From: Candidatus Micrarchaeia archaeon
GTDB lineage: Archaea; Micrarchaeota; Micrarchaeia; Norongarragalinales; UBA8480
Direction: 5' to 3'
NCBI GenBank assembly: GCA_039794045.1
Contig: JBAMLY010000010.1
Location: 1 to 33,734 of the forward strand
DNA length: 33,734 nt
How positions within the stretch are numbered: the stretch's first letter is position 1; the number at the start of each line of letters is the position of its first letter. The position numbers were made by a program, and so were the translations under genes. This document shows, one piece after another, positions 8,693 through 16,781 of the stretch. The notes beneath the pieces were generated by a model. That model was not told the origin of the DNA and did no database searches. It saw only the letters and a list, made by a program, of their open reading frames with translations.

Positions 8693-8752
8693 TTGCTTCT
8701 TTTCTTTTTTCAAGAAAAGAAAGGAGGTTGGATGCAATCCTCGCCGGAGGCT
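8675..8752 (+). repeat. 18-bp duplication of the tRNA-Thr 3' end (8675-8692 and 8735-8752) flanking a 42-bp hairpin insert; att-like
   Basis: CAATCCTCGCCGGAGGCT occurs twice. Confidence 0.9.
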
Positions 8753-9883
8753 CTAGCGTAGTTCTAGGTAGAAATAGTATTCCGTGGCTGGGCCGCCGAG
8801 TTTTTGGTTGTTTGGTAAAAGTATTTGATAGTCTGCTAGTTCGTTGTTGTAAGCGGTTTCGCCGTGCTTGAGGGGGGAAACGAATAAGGGCGTGGCGGTA
8901 GAGTCGTTGAGTGCGCAAGTCTCCCAAACTGATTGGTTTAAGGCGTTCTCTGTTTTGGCGGCAGTGTTTGAGTTCGTGCCAGCTGGAACTACTGTGCTGC
9001 CTATAATGATTTGCGAGTTGTTGTAAGTGAAGGAGTGGTTGGCGTTGTCGCTCCAGCCAACGTCGTATGCCAAGTAGTTGTCGAGTTGCTCGCCTGTCCA
9101 AAGCGTTTGCTGGATGTCTTGCCAGGACGGAATGCTTGAAGACGGGTAGGCTAACAAGTAGCCGTACTGCGTTCGGTTGACTTTCAAGTACGGCGGGTCG
9201 GTGTAGCCGCTGACGATGGTTGGCTCGCCGGCTCCACTCAACAGCCACGAGTAATCTCTTCCTTGGCCGTTGGCTTGCCAGGCGGTGCCGTTGTACCAGC
9301 AGTTGCACGAGCCTCCCACAGAAGCGCAAATGCTTTCTTCTATTTCAGTGCAGTTCCAGCCAAGAGAGGAATCAAAGTAAAGCGTAAAATTAGAGTTTGT
9401 TGACGAGCCGCCAGTAAAGTTTATGAGGGCAACGCTTAAATTGAAGGAGCCGTTCACTCCCGCGGGCGTCAAGTCGGTGTCGTCAGCCAAAATATAGGTT
9501 TCCGCCAGAGAAGAATTAATGTACATCACCAGCGTGTTGAAATCGCGTCCCGCAAAGGAAAGAGGGGCAAGCGAAGCCAAGTAATGCGGGTCAGTGAAAG
9601 CCGTACTCCAAGAAATTAGCGTGTGAACCGACGACGAATCATTGCTTGCGAGGACGATGCTCGCGTTTAAAGTGCCGTACACTGCCGCCCACAAGCTTGT
9701 TTGCGTGAAGCCAGTCAAGTCAAGCAAGTAGTATTCATCGCCAGCGACTTCCGAGAGAGCAGAAGGAATTTCGGTAGTAGTCTTGTTCGAGGAAGAAACA
9801 ATTGAGGCTCCCCCCGGCAGCGCTGCAACAGGAGCCAGGAAAACCAGTAACGCAAACAAGAAAGCAAACTCAGTAAAACGCAT
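8753..9883 (-). CDS. Secreted acidic Ser/Thr/Asn-rich surface (glyco)protein
   Basis: Signal peptide MRFTEFAFLFALLVFLAPVAA, more than ten N-x-S/T sequons, C-terminal beta-strand EYYFYLELR. Start placed at the ATG at 9883. Confidence 0.75.
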   Translation of the reverse strand: MRFTEFAFLFALLVFLAPVAALPGGASIVSSSNKTTTEIPSALSEVAGDEYYLLDLTGFTQTSLWAAVYGTLNASIVLASNDSSSVHTLISWSTAFTDPHYLASLAPLSFAGRDFNTLVMYINSSLAETYILADDTDLTPAGVNGSFNLSVALINFTGGSSTNSNFTLYFDSSLGWNCTEIEESICASVGGSCNCWYNGTAWQANGQGRDYSWLLSGAGEPTIVSGYTDPPYLKVNRTQYGYLLAYPSSSIPSWQDIQQTLWTGEQLDNYLAYDVGWSDNANHSFTYNNSQIIIGSTVVPAGTNSNTAAKTENALNQSVWETCALNDSTATPLFVSPLKHGETAYNNELADYQILLPNNQKLGGPATEYYFYLELR

Positions 9884-9990
9884 TAAAACCGCCAAAAATC
9901 TAATGAAACGCCTCGCTAAATAAGGAGCGCGCGAGAATATTTAAATCGTGTTTCCACTAAGAATACTGCGTTTTAAGAGGTGAACATGGA

Positions 9991-10308
9991 ATGCAGTTCG
10001 TTTACTTGGTTGAAGGAAAAGACAAGAAAGCATTGGACGCGGCGCTCGCGGCAGACCCTTACCAGAAAGACTCTTTCGCGATGACGGGCTACACCTTAAA
10101 AGAGTCAAGCGCTGTGGGCTTGAAGGCAGGCGACTACGTCTTGTACTTCAAGACGGACTTGCCAGAAGTAGAAGCAAGACTGCAAGAGCGTTTGAAGGCA
10201 GTTGCTTCAGCTAAAGAGTTAAGCGGCGCAGAAAAACAAAAAATAATCCAGCAGTTAGAAGAAGAGGAAGCCAACGCGGGAGCTGGCTTCGGCGCAATAT
10301 TTGGGTGA
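9991..10308 (+). CDS. Conserved archaeal hypothetical protein
   Basis: GAGGTGA RBS, typical coding composition, C-terminal EEEANAGAGFGAIFG signature. Confidence 0.8.
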   Translation: MQFVYLVEGKDKKALDAALAADPYQKDSFAMTGYTLKESSAVGLKAGDYVLYFKTDLPEVEARLQERLKAVASAKELSGAEKQKIIQQLEEEEANAGAGFGAIFG

Positions 10309-10667
10309 AAAAAATTAAGGCAAAAGCTTTTTCTTGCATTGCAGTTGCTTTCCTGCTGTCGTTAGCGTTGAGTGGCTGCACCCAAAACCAAGAACAACTC
10401 ACCCCAGCCAAAGAAAAACAGGAACTACTGCAAGCCTGCAAAACGCTTTGCTTGGCAGCCAAAAACAGCGAAGGCTTCACGAGCGGCCCGTGCCTCACGC
10501 GAGAACCCCTCCAAGGACCAGGCGGCGCGTGGGTATGCGACGTCGCGCACTACCCCCGCCAGCCAGTCGACGACGAACCACAAAACCAGTGCGCCGCCTA
10601 CCGCAGCGGCGCCGCCCAACACTTCATCGAACTAAGCTTGGACTGCGAAGTAATCAAAGAAAAATAA
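10305..10667 (+). CDS. Cys-rich putative lipoprotein
   Basis: Basic N-terminus, hydrophobic stretch and lipobox LSGC; six further Cys (GPCL, WVCDVAH, NQC). Overlaps the previous stop as GTGA. Confidence 0.75.
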   Translation: MKKIKAKAFSCIAVAFLLSLALSGCTQNQEQLTPAKEKQELLQACKTLCLAAKNSEGFTSGPCLTREPLQGPGGAWVCDVAHYPRQPVDDEPQNQCAAYRSGAAQHFIELSLDCEVIKEK

Positions 10668-10720
10668 GCTGCACTTTTTTCTTCGTCGCTTAGCCGGTGC
10701 TGAAACTGCGCAGTAAACGC

Positions 10721-10795
10721 TTCTGCCTCAGAAAATAATTTACTCGTCACAGCACTCGCGTGCTCGGAACTCATAATTGCTTCATCACAGCAAAA
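10721..10795 (-). ncRNA. Box C/D 2'-O-methylation guide RNA (sR-tMet-like)
   Basis: The minus strand reads TTTTGCT-GTGATGA (C)-AGCAATTATGAGTT-CCGA (D')-GCAC GCGA GTGC-T-GTGACGA (C')-GTAAATTATTTT-CTGA (D)-GGCAGAA. All four boxes are present with correct guide spacing, a GNRA-capped internal stem and a 7-bp terminal stem. Confidence 0.88.
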
Positions 10796-10934
10796 AAGTT
10801 TAGCAGCGCTTCAAAGAAATTATTTTCGGCGCGGCAAAGCCTCCCCGCCAAGAATTGCGCTTGAAAATAGATTCTCCTCGAAACAAGCAGAGGAAAAGAA
10901 GCAAGAACTAACTCTAAACGCTTACCTCAGACCT

Positions 10935-12020
10935 TCAACGAGTTACCTCGAAAGACTTTATTCTAGCGTAGATGTCGGCTGCTTCACTGTTTTTCTGGAA
11001 GTGCTCGCGAATTGGGGCAATCAATTCATTCAATTCTCTCGCAACCGAGTTCTTTAAGTCCGGGGCTTTCAGCTTGTCGGCAGCGTAGTCTCTCTCTAGT
11101 TCGGCGTACGAAGCGTATTCCACGCTCCCCCCATATTTTTGGGGGCGCTCAACCAAGAAAGTCTTCCTCGCACGAAAAACTATTTCTTTCGCGTACTCCA
11201 GCACGGGGTTGCCTTCAACTTGTTTTGGCGGGCAAAACGCCTTGCCTATTTTCCTTGCTATTTCTTCCTGCGAGTCGTGCACGAAAATACAGGTTTCCGG
11301 CTTGCTCTTGCTCATCTTTGAATCGATTTCCAAGTCTACTGCGCTCTCGTCGGACTGGCTTGCGCTTCCCGCGCCAGACAAAGACAAAAGCATTCTATGG
11401 TGGACTGCCACTGGCTTCTTGAAGCCAAGGCTTTCTGCGACGTCGCGCGCCAACATGTTCGCCTTGCGCTGGTCCATTCCAAGCTGGCAAATGTCTACTT
11501 GCATGTGGAAAACGTCTGCCGCCTGCATTGAAGGATAAAAAAGTTGAGCTACTTGTTTTACGTCGCCTTCCCTGCGCCCAGCTATCTGCAAGCACTTAGT
11601 AGTGCGCGCGAGTGTGTGGTGCTTGGCAACCAGCAAAACTTTTTTCCAGTACTCTCCGTCGTCAAAAAACTCTTTGTGCCAAACGACTTTAACTTTGCTT
11701 AAGTCAACGCCCGCCGCACGCCAAACCTCCAAAAAATATTTTCCGACGAGCCGCGTTTTCTCCAAGTCCCCGCCGAGCTTGTTGTTGATCCACGCAAACG
11801 AGTCTGCCAGCAACAAATTGAATTTAACGCCGGCGGCAAGCAAGTCCTTCAAGAGCAGTGGGCGGTAGACGCCGACCGGCAAGTGAGCGACGCCCGAGGG
11901 CTCGAAGCCGTCGTAAGCGAGGGGATGCTCGTTGGTTTCCAGCAGCGCCCGCAGTTCTTCTTCTGTAACGACTTCTTGCGCGATGCCTTTTATGAGCGAA
12001 AGCTTGGTTTCAACGTCCAT
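10935..12020 (-). CDS. tyrS: Tyrosyl-tRNA synthetase (archaeal/eukaryotic type)
   Basis: AYDGFEPSG, YPSMQAADVF, QLGMDQRK, KMSKS and KAFCPP. Start at ATG 12020 after AAGGAG. Confidence 0.96.
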   Translation of the reverse strand: MDVETKLSLIKGIAQEVVTEEELRALLETNEHPLAYDGFEPSGVAHLPVGVYRPLLLKDLLAAGVKFNLLLADSFAWINNKLGGDLEKTRLVGKYFLEVWRAAGVDLSKVKVVWHKEFFDDGEYWKKVLLVAKHHTLARTTKCLQIAGRREGDVKQVAQLFYPSMQAADVFHMQVDICQLGMDQRKANMLARDVAESLGFKKPVAVHHRMLLSLSGAGSASQSDESAVDLEIDSKMSKSKPETCIFVHDSQEEIARKIGKAFCPPKQVEGNPVLEYAKEIVFRARKTFLVERPQKYGGSVEYASYAELERDYAADKLKAPDLKNSVARELNELIAPIREHFQKNSEAADIYARIKSFEVTR

Positions 12021-12103
12021 TAAAAACTCCTTTTTCAATCATTCCTGCACGCGTTTAAAAAAAGCTTTGCAAGGCGCTTCAAGCGAGGACGGCGGCAAGA
12101 AAA

Positions 12104-12252
12104 CTTATTTAAAGCATTACAGGAATAAGTATTTGCAACTGCTTCTTTAACGGAAGTGGGGAGTTGACCAGCAAAACTCGCGACGGCAAAGCTCTCGCCT
12201 GGTTGTGCTGGTAGAGAACCATTAAGCAAGCAACTGTTTTCAGTTCTTGCAT
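12104..12252 (+). promoter_or_regulatory. TATA-like box and structured 5' leader of the rpl30e operon
   Basis: TTATTTAAA at about 12105-12113, followed by stems TGCTT..TTAA.GG/CC.TTAA..AAGCA, ACCAGCA/TGCTGGT and GCAAG.AACTG/CAGTTCTTGC. Confidence 0.45.
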
Positions 12253-12271
12253 TCGGAGAAAGGTGTATTTA

Positions 12272-12577
12272 ATGGATTTGAACAAGTCAATCCGCATGAC
12301 CGTAGACTCTGGTAAAGTGTTTCTGGGAACCGACAAGGCACTGAAAGCGGCTTTGAATGGCTCAGCAAAACTCATAATCGTTTCAAGGAATTGCCCCGCC
12401 CAAAAAAAGCAGGACATTGAATACTTTTCGCGGTCGTCAAAAGTTCCAGTCCTCCAGTACGAGGGCACGAGCAACGAGTTAGGCACGGTGTGCGGCAAGC
12501 CCTTTCCAATCAGCGCGATAAGCGTGCTAGAGCCAGGCAACTCCGACATTTTAGAGGCGGTACAACAACAGCAGTGA
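12272..12577 (+). CDS. rpl30e: 50S ribosomal protein L30e
   Basis: TVDSGKVFLG, KLIIVSRNCP and ELGTVCGKPF; AGGTG RBS. Confidence 0.96.
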   Translation: MDLNKSIRMTVDSGKVFLGTDKALKAALNGSAKLIIVSRNCPAQKKQDIEYFSRSSKVPVLQYEGTSNELGTVCGKPFPISAISVLEPGNSDILEAVQQQQ

Positions 12578-12582
12578 AGCAA

Positions 12583-13002
12583 ATGGTTACCTTCTCCCTT
12601 GAAGACATTCAGCTCTTGAATGCAGTTGAAGCCGCGACGGGCGCGAAAGCCAACGACGTAGTGAAAAGCGACAACGCCTTCATAATAGTCGTGCGCAAGG
12701 GAGAACTAGGCAAAGCGATTGGAAAGCAGGGCTCGAACATAACGCGCCTCCGCAAGCACTTGGGCAAGGACGTGTTCGTCGTCGAAGACAGCGACACCGT
12801 GAACGGCTTTCTCGCCAACGTTTTCGCTCCAGTGCCATTGAAGGCAGTAAACTTAGTGGAAAGCGAGGGAAGAAAAATCGCGGTCGTTGCAGTGGAAGCG
12901 AAAAACAAGGGGCTCGCGATAGGAAGGGGAGGCGACAAAATAAAGCGCGCGCGCATTCTCGCGAAGCGCAAGTTCGGGATAGACGAAGTAAAAATACAGT
13001 GA
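12583..13002 (+). CDS. nusA: Archaeal NusA (two KH domains)
   Basis: GKAIGKQGSNI and GLAIGRGGDKI KH motifs; conserved position between L30e and S12. Confidence 0.93.
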   Translation: MVTFSLEDIQLLNAVEAATGAKANDVVKSDNAFIIVVRKGELGKAIGKQGSNITRLRKHLGKDVFVVEDSDTVNGFLANVFAPVPLKAVNLVESEGRKIAVVAVEAKNKGLAIGRGGDKIKRARILAKRKFGIDEVKIQ

Positions 13003-13043
13003 AAATTAATGTGTTGAATCGCGTTTGAAGGGTGAAGAAGAAA

Positions 13044-13472
13044 ATGGCAAGAGGTCTTTTCGCTGGAAGGCAGTTGAAGCGCAACCGCAAATCAAAGAGG
13101 TGGCTTAAAAAGCCGTGGAAGCGCAAGGCGCTGGGATTGAAAGCAAAGTACGACCCCTTAGAAGGAGCGCCTCAAGCGCGCGGCATAGTCATCAAGAAGG
13201 AAGGCAAGGAACAAAAACAGCCTCACTCTGGAATCATTAAGTGCGTGCGCGTTCAACTCATAAAGAACGGAAAGAAAGTTAGCGCTCACTGTCCTCGCGA
13301 CAAGGCAGTCGAGTTCATTGACGAGCACGACGAAGTAGTCATCGCTGGGCTCGGCGGATCACAGCGCGGTCAAATGGGTTCGATTCCGGGCGTGCGCTAC
13401 AAGGTAGTGCAAGTAAACGGCGTGGACTTGGACCAATTGCGCCTCAAGAAGAAGGAAAAGCCGAAGAGGTAA
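13044..13472 (+). CDS. rps12: 30S ribosomal protein S12 (uS12)
   Basis: [34 protein letters not shown] and IPGVRYKV. Confidence 0.98.
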   Translation: MARGLFAGRQLKRNRKSKRWLKKPWKRKALGLKAKYDPLEGAPQARGIVIKKEGKEQKQPHSGIIKCVRVQLIKNGKKVSAHCPRDKAVEFIDEHDEVVIAGLGGSQRGQMGSIPGVRYKVVQVNGVDLDQLRLKKKEKPKR

Positions 13473-13487
13473 AACGGGGGTTAAACC

Positions 13488-14093
13488 ATGGAAGCAAAGC
13501 TTTTCGGAAAATACTCGTACGATGGAATAACAGTAGACGACCCAAGCATAGCGCCCTACATTTCATTAAAACCAGTAAAAATTCCTCACTCTTTCGCGCG
13601 CCACGCTAACAAGAAGTTCGCGAAAAGCAAGGTCAACATAGTAGAACGCCTGGCGAACAAGCTCATGCGCGGCGGCACCGGCGAGAAACTAGGCGGTAAA
13701 GTCATTCGCACGCACGGCAAACTGCAAGGCAAGAAGACTAGAACAATAAAGGCAGTAGAAGAAGCTTTCGACATCGTGGCAACGCAAACCAAGCAAAACC
13801 CGTTGCAGTTGCTCGTTAAAGCAATCCAGTACAGCGCCCCCCGCGAAGACATTACGCGCATTAAAATGGGTGGAATGAACTACCAAGTCGCCACCGACAT
13901 AAGCGCGCAACGGCGCCTTGACTTGGCTCTCCGCAACATAGCATTGGCCGCCCTCATAAGTTCTTTCGCTAAAAAGGAAACGCTCGCAGAAGCCCTCGCA
14001 AAAGAAATAATTCTTGCTTCAGCCAATTCTCCAGACAGCTACTCTATAAAGCGCAAGAACGAGACGGAGAGAATGGCGAAAGCGGCAAGGTAA
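13488..14093 (+). CDS. rps7: 30S ribosomal protein S7 (uS7)
   Basis: KLFGKY, IVERLANKLM, NPLQLLVKAI...APRED and ERMAKAAR. Confidence 0.98.
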   Translation: MEAKLFGKYSYDGITVDDPSIAPYISLKPVKIPHSFARHANKKFAKSKVNIVERLANKLMRGGTGEKLGGKVIRTHGKLQGKKTRTIKAVEEAFDIVATQTKQNPLQLLVKAIQYSAPREDITRIKMGGMNYQVATDISAQRRLDLALRNIALAALISSFAKKETLAEALAKEIILASANSPDSYSIKRKNETERMAKAAR

Positions 14094-14142
14094 GCCGCAA
14101 CGAGCTTGAAGCTCAAACAAAAAATTCAGGGGATTGAATAAA

Positions 14143-16329
14143 ATGGCGAAAAAGGAAAGCGTAGCCGAATACGTTACAAAGTTAATGAACAAGACGGAAA
14201 ACATTCGCAACATCGGAATAGTGGCGCACGTGGACCACGGCAAAAGTACTTTGAGTGACACGCTCGTCGCGAGGGCCGGCTTGATTTCAAAGGAACTCGC
14301 CGGCGAGCAGCGCGTGCTTGACTTCGAAGAACTCGAACAACAAAGAGGCATAACGATTAAGGCAGCAAACGTGTCAATTCCCGTGACTTACGAGGGAAAA
14401 GAATACTTAATTAACTTGATTGACACGCCTGGACACGTGGACTTCGGCGGGCACGTTACTCGCGCGTTGCGCGCCGTGGACGGCTGCATTCTCGTGGTGG
14501 ACTGCGTGGAAGGAATAATGCCTCAAACTGAGACCGTGCTCCGCCAGGCGCTCAAAGAAAAAGTGCGCCCCACCGTATTCATAAACAAGATAGACCGCTT
14601 CATTAACGAGTTAAAGCTCGACTCCACTGCAATGCAGCAAAAGTTCTTGAAAATCATTTCTGGAGTGAACAAGCTGATTGCCCAGTACGCGCCCCCAGAA
14701 TTCAAGGAAGCGTGGCAAATAAAGGTAGAAAGCGGCAACATCGCGTTCGGCACCGCCTTCAACAAGTGGGCGCTCTCATTCCCGATAATGAAGAAGTACA
14801 ACATCAACTTCAAGAAAATGTATGAAATGTGCGCGGCAGGACAACACAAGGAACTCCAGCAAATGGCGCCACTCGACGACGTCATAATTGAAATGATTAC
14901 TTCGCACTTGCCGAACCCAATTCAAGCGCAGAAGTACCGCGTTCCGACGCTGTGGCACGGCGACTTGGAGAGCGCGGAAGGAAAAGCCATGACCAACTGC
15001 GAGTCTTCAGGCAAGGCAGTGTTCTGCGTTACAGCCATTCAAATGGACCCGCACGCCGGCGAAGTAGCCGTGGGAAGGCTTTTCGCGGGCACTCTGCGCA
15101 AGGGAATGGACTTGTACTTGGCGAGCCAGTACAAGACCGAGAAACTACAGCAAGTCGCGATTTACATGGGCCCCGACCGAGTGATAGTAGACGAAGTGCC
15201 TGCCGGCAACATCGTAGCGCTCGTGGGCTTGAAGGAAGTTTACGCTGGCGAGACGGTGAGCGAGGAAAAAATAGTTCCCTTCGAGAAAATAAAGCACCAC
15301 AGCGAAGCAGTGGTTACGAAGAGCATTGAAGCCAAGAACCCAAAAGACTTGACGCGCTTAGTCGAAGTAATCCACAAAATGGCCAAAGAAGACCCCACAA
15401 TTAAAGTCGAAACCAACCAGCAGACAGGCGAGCACTTGATTGGAGGAATGGGCGAACTCCACCTAGAAATAATTGAGTACAAGATACAAAAAGAAAAGGG
15501 AATAGAAATAGTTACTTCGCCGCCCATAGTCGTCTACCACGAAACCATTCTAGACAAGAGCCCAGTAATAGAAGGCAAGTCTCCAAACAAGCACAACAAG
15601 TTCAAGATAAGCGTGGAACCACTCGAGCCAGAAGTGCTTAAAGCGTTCGAGGAAGGACAAATTGACGAGTCAATGAAGGGCAAAGACTTGCAGGAGAGAC
15701 TAATAAAAGCAGGACTGCCTCGCGATGAAGCCAAGAAAATCATTGCAGTGCACGAAAACAACTTGTTCGTGGACGCAACGAAGGGAGTGCAGTACTTGCA
15801 AGACATAATGGAGCTAGTGATAGACGCGTTCGACGAAGCAATGAGCGCCGGCCCACTCGCGAAAGAAAAAGTGGTGGGCGTGAAAGTCAAACTAAACGAT
15901 GCAACCATTCACGTTGATCCAGCGCACCGCGGCCCAGCGCAAATCATTCCAGCCATAAAGAGACCAATTTACGCGGCGATGCTGAGCGCGAGAACCGTGC
16001 TCACCGAACCAAAGCAAAAACTCGTCGTCAACACGCCCAGCGAGTACATGAGTGGAGTCATAAGCCAGATTCAGGGGCGCAGGGGGCAAGTAAGCGACAT
16101 TCAACAAGAAGGAGAAGCCGTCACAATAACTGCGAAAGTGCCGGTAGCTGAAATGTTTGGGTTCGCTTCAGAGATTCGCGGTGCTTCGCAGGGACGCGCC
16201 ATTTGGTACACTGAGTACGCTGGCTACGAGCGCCTGCCAACCGAGCTCCAAAACAAGACTGTGACAGCGATTCGCAAGCGCAAGGGAGAACGCGAAACGC
16301 CTCCGACAGCGTCAGAATTCATGGACTGA
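14143..16329 (+). CDS. fusA: Translation elongation factor EF-2
   Basis: IRNIGIVAHVDHGKST, RGITI, DTPGHVDF, NKID, GMGELHLE and diphthamide loop HRGPAQ. Confidence 0.99.
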   Translation: MAKKESVAEYVTKLMNKTENIRNIGIVAHVDHGKSTLSDTLVARAGLISKELAGEQRVLDFEELEQQRGITIKAANVSIPVTYEGKEYLINLIDTPGHVDFGGHVTRALRAVDGCILVVDCVEGIMPQTETVLRQALKEKVRPTVFINKIDRFINELKLDSTAMQQKFLKIISGVNKLIAQYAPPEFKEAWQIKVESGNIAFGTAFNKWALSFPIMKKYNINFKKMYEMCAAGQHKELQQMAPLDDVIIEMITSHLPNPIQAQKYRVPTLWHGDLESAEGKAMTNCESSGKAVFCVTAIQMDPHAGEVAVGRLFAGTLRKGMDLYLASQYKTEKLQQVAIYMGPDRVIVDEVPAGNIVALVGLKEVYAGETVSEEKIVPFEKIKHHSEAVVTKSIEAKNPKDLTRLVEVIHKMAKEDPTIKVETNQQTGEHLIGGMGELHLEIIEYKIQKEKGIEIVTSPPIVVYHETILDKSPVIEGKSPNKHNKFKISVEPLEPEVLKAFEEGQIDESMKGKDLQERLIKAGLPRDEAKKIIAVHENNLFVDATKGVQYLQDIMELVIDAFDEAMSAGPLAKEKVVGVKVKLNDATIHVDPAHRGPAQIIPAIKRPIYAAMLSARTVLTEPKQKLVVNTPSEYMSGVISQIQGRRGQVSDIQQEGEAVTITAKVPVAEMFGFASEIRGASQGRAIWYTEYAGYERLPTELQNKTVTAIRKRKGERETPPTASEFMD

Positions 16330-16377
16330 AAACAAATAAAATAATTTGGCAACACTCTTCTTAGTGGGGGGAAGCGC

Positions 16378-16776
16378 ATGGAACAAAAAGAGAAGAGAGC
16401 CGCCGCAGAAGAAAACAAAGTTTTTTTCCCGAAGGAAAGCAAGTGGGAACTGCTTCCCCGCGAGTTCCACGAAAACTGGGGCCCGCTAACAAATAAATAC
16501 GTTGGGCGTCTACTCGAAGAAAAAATCATTCACCCAACCAAGCCCTTGACTGCCTACATTGGCTGGCAACGCAAGGCCAGCGCAAGCATCCCAATAGAAT
16601 TCAGGCTAGAGAAAAACGGAAAAGAAATAAGGTGGAACAAGAATTACGGCTTCCTCAAATACAACTTCACGAAAACAGAACTCAATGAATTCAAGGAAGC
16701 AATAAAGAGCGCGATATACTTGCACCCCAAAAAAGAAAAACTATTGAAGCTTTACTACGAAATGATTGGAAACTGA
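16378..16776 (+). CDS. Hypothetical protein
   Basis: A 132-aa ORF that fills the gap between EF-2 and the glycosylase, with a G-rich RBS-like run upstream. No recognisable motif. Confidence 0.65.
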   Translation: MEQKEKRAAAEENKVFFPKESKWELLPREFHENWGPLTNKYVGRLLEEKIIHPTKPLTAYIGWQRKASASIPIEFRLEKNGKEIRWNKNYGFLKYNFTKTELNEFKEAIKSAIYLHPKKEKLLKLYYEMIGN

Positions 16777-16781
16777 AAAAC

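Noticed and set aside
8414..8752. Possible CRISPR array or split/permuted tRNA
   Set aside because: Each repeat occurs only twice and derives from tRNA ends. A complete contiguous tRNA-Thr is present, and the outer fragments lack the anticodon arm.
8392..9329. ORFs 8392-8871, 8525-8737 and 8556-9329 spanning the tRNA-Thr region
   Set aside because: They overlap a tRNA and low-complexity repeats, have non-protein-like composition, and conflict with the better 8753-9883 gene.
15895..15960. Loss of the EF-2 diphthamide site
   Set aside because: The target His in HRGPAQ is retained; only flanking residues differ.
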